DNA of 63,241 nt, the filler included, from Thraustochytrium aureum (taxonomy: Eukaryota), in NCBI GenBank assembly GCA_012862495.1. It is 7 parts of 5 records of this genome, joined end to end, with 100 filler letters (N's around TTAATTAATTAA, not from the genome) between each part and the next. Parts side by side here need not be neighbours in the genome. Positions count along the whole stretch, not along the records: positions 44,988 to 48,137 come from BLSG01000315.1; positions 48,238 to 59,108 come from BLSG01000316.1; 5 more parts are not named here. One strand, written 5' to 3'. This document shows positions 46,409-55,871 of the stretch, one piece after another; the first letter of the stretch is position 1, and the number at the start of each line of letters is the position of its first letter. The notes beneath the pieces are model-generated. The model was not told where the DNA came from. It worked only from the letters and a program-made list of their open reading frames with translations, and made no database searches. The position numbers and the translations under genes were made by a program.

Positions 46409-46951
46409 ATGAGTTCATTCGACTCTGTCCTAGACCGGTACGAAAGGCTACCAGACGATGCTCCCAAGTGCCGGAATACCGACGCGAAACTGCAATTGAA
46501 GGACCTGGATCTCTTGGGCTGCGCAACTGAAGCCATCAAGACCGGCTCGGACTTCAACCTCCGCGATGGCACTTGCTTCATTTGGACCAACCACAGGTGC
46601 AAGAAGGATCGCAAGGTCTACGTAGATGACAGGCACCACGAGCTGCGGTTTCCCATCGGCCCGACCGACGCGCCAACGCAGGGGCCGACGCAGGGGCCGA
46701 CGCAGGGACCGACGCAAGGCCCCCTGCCGACCTCCGACCCTTCTTCTCCGGGCGGCCCCGCCAGCACCACCGCGCCGAGCGCCGGGTCAGAGAGCCCCCT
46801 TGCGGAGACGTCGACCAACTGGGTCATGATTGGGGGCGTCGGCTTCACGGCCCTGCTGGTTATCGGCGCGCTCGCCTACCTGTTGCTCAGGCGAGGAAAG
46901 CCAAGCAGCGAGGTCCCGGGCAAGAGTGCAAACCAACGAAAAAAAATCTAG
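46409..46951 (+). CDS. Small single-pass membrane protein: 4-Cys domain, PTQG repeats, TM, basic tail
   Basis: 180-aa ORF with (PTQG)x4 stalk and TM WVMIGGVGFTALLVIGALAYLLL followed by RRGK. Confidence 0.72.
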   Translation: MSSFDSVLDRYERLPDDAPKCRNTDAKLQLKDLDLLGCATEAIKTGSDFNLRDGTCFIWTNHRCKKDRKVYVDDRHHELRFPIGPTDAPTQGPTQGPTQGPTQGPLPTSDPSSPGGPASTTAPSAGSESPLAETSTNWVMIGGVGFTALLVIGALAYLLLRRGKPSSEVPGKSANQRKKI

Positions 46952-47741
46952 TCGGTCGGTAATGGGATGAGCGACTCACCCGAGACCACGACGGCGGCCC
47001 CGACGACCACCGGGGGAGGCGANNNNNNNNNNNNNNNNNNNNNNNNNNNNNNNNNNNNNNNNNNNNNNNNNNNNNNNNNNNNNNNNNNNNNNNNNNNNNN
47101 NNNNNNNNNNNNNNNNNNNNNNNNNNNNNNNNNNNNNNNNNNNNNNNNNNNNNNNNNNNNNNNNNNNNNNNNNNNNNNNNNNNNNNNNNNNNNNNNNNNN
47201 NNNNNNNNNNNNNNNNNNNNNNNNNNNNNNNNNNNNNNNNNNNNNNNNNNNNNNNNNNNNNNNNNNNNNNNNNNNNNNNNNNNNNNNNNNNNNNNNNNNN
47301 NNNNNNNNNNNNNNNNNNNNNNNNNNNNNNNNNNNNNNNNNNNNNNNNNNNNNNNNNNNNNNNNNNNNNNNNNNNNNNNNNNNNNNNNNNNNNNNNNNNN
47401 NNNNNNNNNNNNNNNNNNNNNNNNNNNNNNNNNNNNNNNNNNNNNNNNNNNNNNNNNNNNNNNNNNNNNNNNNNNNNNNNNNNNNNNNNNNNNNNNNNNN
47501 NNNNNNNNNNNNNNNNNNNNNNNNNNNNNNNNNNNNNNNNNNNNNNNNNNNNNNNNNNNNNNNNNNNNNNNNNNNNNNNNNNNNNNNNNNNNNNNNNNNN
47601 NNNNNNNNNNNNNNNNNNNNNNNNNNNNNNNNNNNNNNNNNNNNNNNNNNNNNGCAGGTGAATAAAACAGCCCTCGTTGTCGTCGCGGTGTGTCTGTGAT
47701 GAAAACATTTTCTTTTCTCTCCTCCAGCAATCGAGAAGACG

Positions 47742-48137
47742 ATGGTGACGCCACCGTCCCTGAAGCAGACGAGCACACTGCAAAAACCGAGAAAGGGAAA
47801 AGCGATGGCGGCACAGGCTCCAATGCAGCACACTGCGGCACAGCCTGTGCCGGTTGCCGCCGCGCAGCCGGCGCAGCCGGCGCAACCCAGCGTTGCGCAA
47901 CCCGCGGCCCAGCCGGAGTACGACCCCTACAAGGACCCAAACTCGGCGATCATCGAGACCATTTGGTCTGCGGCGACGTTCATGAAAGTGCTGGGCTTCC
48001 TCTTCGTCTTCCTGGTGGTTGTGGGCGCACCTTTCGGCTATCTAGGGGCGGCCTATAGGATGCCCCCGATGTACACCTCGCGCACGGGCGCGTCCGAAGA
48101 AGACGCGCCTGGATTCCTCTACGACATTGGCGTGACC
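47742..48137 (+). CDS. Membrane protein with AQP-rich N-terminus, 3' truncated
   Basis: AQP repeats, then TM VLGFLFVFLVVVGAPFGYL; open to scaffold end. Confidence 0.6.
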
Positions 48138-48237
48138 NNNNNNNNNNNNNNNNNNNNNNNNNNNNNNNNNNNNNNNNNNNNTTAATTAATTAANNNNNNN
48201 NNNNNNNNNNNNNNNNNNNNNNNNNNNNNNNNNNNNN

Positions 48238-49928
48238 GGGAATGCGCATGGGAATGCGCATGTGCGTCAGCCGGCCTGGCGTACTCGACGTCAAGCAACA
48301 CCGGGGCGGACTTTTGCGGGTGCTGAAGCTGGAGAGAAGGCGACAAATCGTCCGGCGCGCCAATCTTCCTCCGAGACGAGTTCGATGACGACTGCGTTTT
48401 CGTCGAGGCCGCGGTGCTCTGCACTGATCGGAGATTGGAGCTTGAAAGCCGTGTGAGGGACCCCTGGCTTAAAAACTGTGGATTTGTAGCCTGGTTTGAC
48501 ATCGTCGAGCTCTTGAGCATGCTTTGCGACGAGTTTTCGAGTACGGCTAAGGATTGAACTGAGCTATTCAATCCGGATGTGTAGCCGCGCAAACCAGGGA
48601 CCTGGAAAGGCAAGTCCGGCTCGTTGAGCGAACGAGCCAGGCTCCGGAAGGACTGCCCAGAAGCTCGCTTGAAGGAGGAAGCAGACGTTGATCGGGAGAT
48701 TCTCAGCCCCGGGGGATTCAAGTTGGCAATCCCTGGCAGATTTGCCCCTGTCATGACGAAGATCCGCTGGCTTTGGTTTCGAATCGACGCGTTGCTTTCG
48801 TGCACGCTACGAGCCCAGGATCCTGGCATCATCAAAGCAGATGTTCCGAACACGCTTGACCACCTTTGCCCTTCCGAAGCTGAGTCGCCGCTTGTGTCGC
48901 CCCATGGAATCCGGCGGAGAACGCTCACGCCGATTGCTTGGCGCGCCTCATCGATAGACTCTGCCATCATGAGCGAGATGGTAACTCTCTCCACGATCAC
49001 TGAAATCGCACGATCCACCTCGTACTCCTTCAGGAAACGGAGGGCCAGTAAAATAGCCCAGAGCATCGTCATGGAGGCCGTCAACGCGATAAGCGAACTC
49101 TCGTCGACGTCAAGCGTCTCAAAGCCGCTTGCGAGTCCAGGCCGGACCGACTGGCCTTATCCCCAACGTGGAGCACGCTGGCCCTGACGGCGTGGCGAAG
49201 AGCCAAGTTTAGAAGAGTTGAGAGAAGTGCGAAAGCGACCCTGGTCGACTCGCGGCGGAGGCTATGGACGCGGTTGAGACGAAATTGCGCCCCGAAGTGT
49301 GCCAGGGAGCCAAGATGTGCGATGATCACACATCCCAGAACGGGGGGCCACTCACTTGAACGGACGTACCTTCAATCGAGAAGGATAAGCAGAAGAACAA
49401 GAGGTAGCTCACGACTCGAGATAAGCCCAGGCATGCCGACGCGACTGAGATCCAGCCCATTCGCCGTGTGATGCGCGTAGTGTCGAGGTGCTCAAGGTCC
49501 TTGACAGGAAGGACGGCCGAAATGAATGGATCTTGGGCTGCAATCAGGCAGCTGACGAACGATAGCGCAAAGGAGACTGCAGTCGTGACCTGAAGGCCCA
49601 CCGTGGTGAATCGAAGCTCGGTTTCCTTGAGCTCGATCGCGCCGGACTCGTTGTAGTAAAAGACGCTGCAGGACGTCGACATTGCCGCGGTCATCGAGCT
49701 CACTACGACCATGACTGGTCCTTCGCAGACTGCCCACATCGCGGTGGAAAATACGATGCGAGCAAATGCACGTTGCCTTTGCCGCGCAGCAAACTTGGTG
49801 TCGCGCGAGACACGTTTCGCGACGAGCGCCGCCGAATACGTCGCTGCTGTGCATAGCGCCAGCGCTGCAATCTCTGGCCATGGCGCGTACGCCGACGACG
49901 TGGTTACCGTCAACACTTCTCGGTCCAT
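48238..49928 (-). CDS. Multi-pass membrane protein with Ser-rich tail; two frame breaks (~49330, ~49085)
   Basis: Three abutting same-strand ORFs with hydrophobic segments followed by a long Ser-rich region. Confidence 0.45.
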
Positions 49929-51147
49929 CTCTCGCGAGCCACGCCGGGCAGCGCTTGCCCGACCTGTTCCGTTCGGATTTGGAATGGCTCAGCGCCGCGC
50001 GAGAGAAGGTCCGTTCGCATCGGAGCGACCGGCAGTGGCACTCAATCGTCATCCCCACTCACGCCGCATGCAGATGAAATGTGGAGCTCTCCCCCGGCCT
50101 CGTTATTCCAGCATGAGAATAGCATGACCGGGCAGGCACGAAAATAAAGTTGTCCTGTGCAGTGGAAGCGACAGCCGCCGCCAACCCACTCAACGGACGA
50201 CAGTCAAGAGACGGTCAGTGGAAAGCTGTCGCGCCTCAAGCGTCCGAGCCGACCTGAGCCGGTCGCTCGAAGCAGGCGAACGGGGTCGTGGATAGGGCTA
50301 AAAAAACGGATAGGTGTCCGTTTTCCCGTTCTTCTGCTTCATTGACTCAATTCATTTCGGGCTCAGCTAGCCCCACGCAGCGCGCGCGCGGCGGATGAGG
50401 CCCACCCATCGCGCGAGTGATGCTCAGATAGCCTTGGCAAATGCATCGCAGTTGAGAGTGAGAGCGTTTACGCACTGGCGGAGTTTCGGACTTGGCAACT
50501 TCCACAATTCGACTCAGGACGTCAACCTGGTTCGAGCCCAACCACTGAGTCAGGTGGTGACGCCATGGACTGAATTCTACGGCGCCTGGTCGCGTCCGAC
50601 CGCCGTGGCTGCGTTCGTTTCACGCCGAGTCCTCCAAGTACAGAACTCGCCCACCGATAGGTCGCGGCATCCAGGAAGCGGCCTCCGCCCAATGTGATGA
50701 AGTACTCTACATCCTGGAGACTGCCAGTGGAGTAGGGAGGTTCGACCGGAGAGCAATGGGCGGCAGCCGCTGCAGCCGTCGAACTTGCCTGGCAGGGCTG
50801 CACGTTCCGCTGCTCTACTGTTCTGTTCATACAAACAAAGCAGCGCAGAAAGCAACCTGCACTCCTCGTTTTTGTCCGTTGTGCGACGACGGACGGCAGG
50901 GCGTGGCAGAAATGCGCGGCTGTAGGACTGCGTCAACGCAGACCGCGTTTCGGGGTTTCGCAGGGCAAGCGTTCAGATGGCTTGGGCAAACCAGCACCTC
51001 TAGAGAGAGGCGCTTTCGAGGCGCATGGCAGCGAGGCCGTCGGCGCACTCTCCGAATCTAAGGGCGCCGGTAGCGGAACAGATGCGCTCGCGTATGCGTG
51101 CAGAAACGTGTATACAGTTCGCTTTTTCCACTTCAAACTTCCGACCT

Positions 51148-52550
51148 TTATGCGCCATCCCCTGTGCCAGACCCGCCCAAGTTGAGCCCGGAGCTCCCGC
51201 TAGACGAACTGGTGCTCCCCCCAGCCAAGCACTTGCAATACGGGCCTTGGCAGCAGCTCTCAAAGCAGCGCTTCTCCTGCGCAGCACTGCCCAAGTGGCA
51301 TTTGCCATCCTCGGAAGGCTTTTGCTGCAAACAGTTTGTGCACTTGGTGTTGGTCCACTCTGGCACAGGCGAGTTGCGGCCCGCGTTTTTGATGTTCCAG
51401 CACTGCGCCTTGGAAGTGGGCTCGGCGTTTTGGCATCCAAGTTTGAGCCCATTCACCTCGCCGCACCAGACGCACTTGTACGGGTTGGTCGCGTCCGCGT
51501 TGGCGGAGCGGCAGTCCTTCTTCTTGAAGCGGTTGTTGCATGGGGACGTGTAGCAGCCAGGAAAGTTGAACCCGCGGAGCAAATTTTGCTCCCTCGTGAA
51601 CCACACGCAGCGCCCACCAGTGTGCTGCAGCGTGCACCTGCCGTTGTTGACACGAAAGCATGGGTCTGCCATGCAGCGATTCCGCGAAGACGTCGCGCTT
51701 GGTCCGGCATTATGGCCTTTCACGAGGTCGTTGAACCACATGCACCCGTCCGTCTCGACGCAAGCATGTGGCCCGAGCTGAGAGCAGTCTTGATACCGGA
51801 GCATGCACTTTCCGCCTGCCGGGAGCGCGGCGTCCACGGCCCAGGCGCAAGCGCCGGCATCTGGGTTGCTGGCTGTTCTGACCTCGCCAATCTCCAGCTC
51901 GGCCTCACAAGCGGATTTCGTTGAAAACCGGTCGCAGTACGCGTTGGAGGTCACATCGATGCACGTTTTGGGGCGGCCGCTCGGGCCAACTAGCTGGCAA
52001 CCTTGCGTAGTCGTGCAGGACTCTTCGTCCAGTTCGGAGCACACTGCGAGCGCGCCCTGCGTCTGGGCCCCTCGCTCGGCGGCTTGTGGCCGGCAAAGTT
52101 GGTCTCCGCTGCGCACTGCGNNNNNNNNNNNNNNNNNNNNNNNNNNNNNNNNNNNNNNNNNNNNNNNNNNNNNNNNNNNNNNNNNNNNNNNNNNNNNNNN
52201 NNNNNNNNNNNNNNNNNNNNNNNNNNNNNNNNNNNNNNNNNNNNNNNNNNNNNNNNNNNNNNNNNNNNNNNNNNNNNNNNNNNNNNNNNNNNNNNNNNNN
52301 NNNNNNNNNNNNNNNNNNNNNTGGCGAACTCCTTGTTGGCAATGTCTCGGCAGACCTGCGGGGTGATCGAAGCGCTTGGCTTGCGGCGGCGGCGGCGGCG
52401 GCGACGTTTCAGGGAGCGCCGTGCTTGGTCAATGCTGGCTGAGGCCGAGCCGTTCCTCGACTGGATGGCAGGGGCGCTTGACACCTGCCCAGTTGTGAGA
52501 CCAACAAGCAGCAACGCCACAAGGGCGAGGACGAGCAGGTTGGGCTTCAT
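51148..52550 (-). CDS. Secreted cysteine-rich repeat protein; internal gap
   Basis: Signal peptide MKPNLLVLALVALLLVGLTTG, poly-Arg stretch, and repeated C-x(n)-C-x4-(G)C-x-W units with more than 30 Cys. Confidence 0.78.
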
Positions 52551-53512
52551 CTTCCCCCTTTATGCAATTTTTCGCTCGGCGCTGCGCTACGCACCTCTGA
52601 GGATCTCGTCTTGCGTTTCGATTCGAGCGCTTGGTTGTGCAAAGGCTCGGCTTGCTCGCTGAGGTTTGGGGTTTGCTCACGCTCAGCCTAGCCACCAGCC
52701 CACCGTCTGCATGTTGCCGTCTTCTTCGGCTCGGGCGTGGGCTCGGATGTTTTGAGTGAAACGGGCAACGTGTCTTGCGGCTCGTGCATTTCAAGGAAGG
52801 TCCATGTTGGCACCTAATCGGTTCCGGCCTCCAACGGTCACTAACGAATGCCCGGGTCGATGCTCCAAACCGCGCAGCGGCGCAGGCTTACCGTGGCCAG
52901 CCGCAGGTTGTTTCTTGCTAGTGATAAGCTCGAACGATTTCCTTCAGAAAGACGAGTGAGGCCGGGCCATAGCCGTTGCGATTGCTTGGTTTCTGGTCTC
53001 GCTCGACCGTCAGTCAGCCCGGGTCGATTGGGCTCCAATGCGCGGTGCAGCAGCAGACGGCGCCAAGCAGGGCGGCAGCGAGCAAAGCTGCCAACTTGAG
53101 CTTGGGCTTCGGGCTTGGGCTTGGAGCGAGCGAGCTCGTGTCGTGGTATTGTCTGGAACGAGTTACGGGACATCAGCCGAGTCCCCCGAAACCCATGCTC
53201 AACGGCAAAGTCCAACAAGATGCTTCGTGGACGAGGCACGTGCGTTGCTGGCGGTTCCAGGTTTCGTCTGCGCTGGCGCGTGTGTGTTCTTGCGGATAAG
53301 AAGTCGAGGACTTGCAGTTGCTCGCAAGCGCAGGGATTCCGAAACCGCCACTCTTTTGAGGCACGTGGGTGGACGGAAGCGAGCGCAAGCACGACGTCTG
53401 CGCCAGCCAACGCGTTCAACCGAAGGGAATCGGAGGGAAACGGCCAGGGGGGGCACAATTAGAAAGCGCATTGGTGTGATGTTCAAGATACTGCAAGCTA
53501 CTCCCATGAGGC

Positions 53513-54832
53513 CTATTTGCTGCTGTCCCCGCCCCGTGGCAGCGTCGCACCGGGCGAGGCCTTCTTCTTGAAACTGATCTTGCATATTCTGCAAAAGGTC
53601 AGCGAACGCTTCAAAACGGTTCGACACATCTTGGTCAAGTTGGCGTCGGACGCGCGCCAACCAAAGGGGACCTCCATCTCGCACGCCGCCTCTTCGAGAG
53701 CGTACAGCGCAAAGGTGTAGGTGAAGCTTGCAAGGACGGGAAACCACCCGTTCATGTCTGTGGCAAAGTACAGTGGCCCAAACAAAAGGCCTTGCGCGAG
53801 CGCCAGCAGCAGCCCCAGATGATGGAGCACAAATGGCGGCGGCGTGCGCACGATCTCGCGGCACTTGCCCCACGAGTGCAAAACGCTCTCCACATTGTCC
53901 TGAAATATCTTGGAGTCAGGTGTGCTCATTTTTTTCTCGCCCATGTTGACGTGCTTGGCGAAGAGCGTGCGAACAGCAATTGTGCAGACGAGCACGCGCT
54001 CTTGCGGGCTGTGGTCCTTGTACACCTCGATCTCGCCCGGGGTCAGGAGGATCTTGAGCGGTGGCGCCCCGAAGGTGTCCCGCACAAACTTTTCCTCGCT
54101 CGAGTTGAACCACTCTCTCGCCATCGTGCCTTTCTTCCAGCCTGCCTTGAACGTGCTCGAGTCCATTATATGGTGCCGAGACTCGCGTAGGTCTTGCCTG
54201 ATAAACGCAACCAAGATGTTGAGGCGCCGGACCATCTCGAGCATGTCGATCCCGCTGTTTCGAACGTGGATGCTTGTTGTGCAGGTGAGGAGGCAGTCCA
54301 CGGTGGAGTGCACAATCTGCAGTGCGTGCTCGTGCCCTCGCCTGTACGAGTACCAGGCCCCAAAGAGGCGGAACGCGAGCGTGAATAGCGTGATGCAGAA
54401 CATGGGGAGAAAGAGGTGGGGTGGGAGCGCCTTTGCCATTGCTCCGAGAGGCCGACGATCCTGAATGACGATTATGACAACCGTCACAATTGCCGAAGCG
54501 CAGGCGGGCAGCATGCACCGTCTGATGACCGTCCCTCGCACATACAAGGTGTCCAAGACAAAGCTCACGACGCCCTTTGCGCTCTCGTCCCCGCCCAAGT
54601 ACGGTCTGTCCCAGTACTTGCGAGGCGCCGCGTACGCGAACCGGAGCCACTTTGGCATGTCTGGATCGACGTCGTCGGGCACCCCATCCTCGTCAGGGTC
54701 GTTCTCGCCGCCCTCCTCATCACCTCGTTCGCTTTCTTCGTCGTACTCGTCGTTCTCGATGTATTCTGCTGCGCGCACGCGGTTGGAGCGCTTGCCTGTG
54801 AGTCTCCACCGCCTGCTCAAGTGCTGCGCCAT
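53513..54832 (-). CDS. Bestrophin-family anion channel (YneE/UPF0187-like)
   Basis: TLAFR..AWYSY..G, CREIVRTPPPF and LEEAACEMEVPFGWRASD motifs with four TM segments. Confidence 0.8.
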   Translation of the reverse strand: MAQHLSRRWRLTGKRSNRVRAAEYIENDEYDEESERGDEEGGENDPDEDGVPDDVDPDMPKWLRFAYAAPRKYWDRPYLGGDESAKGVVSFVLDTLYVRGTVIRRCMLPACASAIVTVVIIVIQDRRPLGAMAKALPPHLFLPMFCITLFTLAFRLFGAWYSYRRGHEHALQIVHSTVDCLLTCTTSIHVRNSGIDMLEMVRRLNILVAFIRQDLRESRHHIMDSSTFKAGWKKGTMAREWFNSSEEKFVRDTFGAPPLKILLTPGEIEVYKDHSPQERVLVCTIAVRTLFAKHVNMGEKKMSTPDSKIFQDNVESVLHSWGKCREIVRTPPPFVLHHLGLLLALAQGLLFGPLYFATDMNGWFPVLASFTYTFALYALEEAACEMEVPFGWRASDANLTKMCRTVLKRSLTFCRICKISFKKKASPGATLPRGGDSSK

Positions 54833-55613
54833 CCCGGACCCAGCACGCTGGCGTCAAGCGACCCAAGAGCGCCCAAGAAGAGAGAAACACTACAGCGCGT
54901 AGGGAATTGTGCTCTGACCTCGCGAAAGGCCCGAGCAGGAGCGCCGCGAGCGGGTCTGGCCGGCCCACGAGCTTTGCGGCTAACGCTTCGCAAGCCTCCG
55001 CCAGGTCTTCTTCCCACTCGGCGCAACTGCGCCGCAGCCTGCGCTTGCCACGCTGCGCGAGCGAGTGCGAAATGGCTCTAGAGACACTTGCTTGCGTTGG
55101 CAAGGCCGGCACGGGAGCTCAGCCCGTCCCACCGGTACGCGAAAAGTGCGTCTCGCGGGACACGGCCTTTCTCCAAGTTGCAGACGACTGCCAAGGGCCC
55201 CTGCTCGCGCCAGTGCGGGCGCGACGCGCTCTTCGGGTTTTGCAGCCTGGCAAGCGCGCTGCAAGCGCATTCAGGTCACTGGACAAGTATGGCATCTGCG
55301 GCGCAACGGTCACATTTTGTAGACCGCCTTTTGGCTACAGTCGATCGCCCTTCACCATCACCGTCCTCACACTGACTGGCTGGCTGGCTGGCTGGCTCGC
55401 TGGTGGAAGCCACGCGGAGTCTACGCCCTGCGATCCGCTTGGCCAGCGAGCTTGCGATTCGAGTGCTTTTGCTGGACACATGCCAAGTTGAGTCTCGAAT
55501 CACCTGCCAAGACCTCGACAAACCCCGCCATGCCAGGCCGGATAGAATGGCGAGCGAGCGCCGCATGCATAGGTATTTATTTGATAGACACGGCCGGCGG
55601 CGGCGAGACCAGA

Positions 55614-55645
55614 AACAACAACAACAACAACAACAACAACAGCAC
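55614..55645 (+). repeat. (CAA)n microsatellite at gap edge
   Basis: Direct read. Confidence 0.85.
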
Positions 55646-55871
55646 NNNNNNNNNNNNNNNNNNNNNNNNNNNNNNNNNNNNNNNNNNNNNNNNNNNNNNN
55701 NNNNNNNNNNNNNNNNNNNNNNNNNNNNNNNNNCAGGCTTTGGCATAACTATCGCGCTATACCCGCACCACCCAAGAGCTGTTTCCGGCCAGCACACTTC
55801 GGTCGCGGAAGAAGGAGAAACTAGGCCTTTGCGGGGACCATTGCGGGGACCAACTCGGCAGTGGCGTCGCT

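Noticed and set aside
45305..46725. Short tandem repeats as a possible CRISPR-like array
   Set aside because: They encode PTT and PTQG peptide repeats, with no unique spacers and no cas genes.
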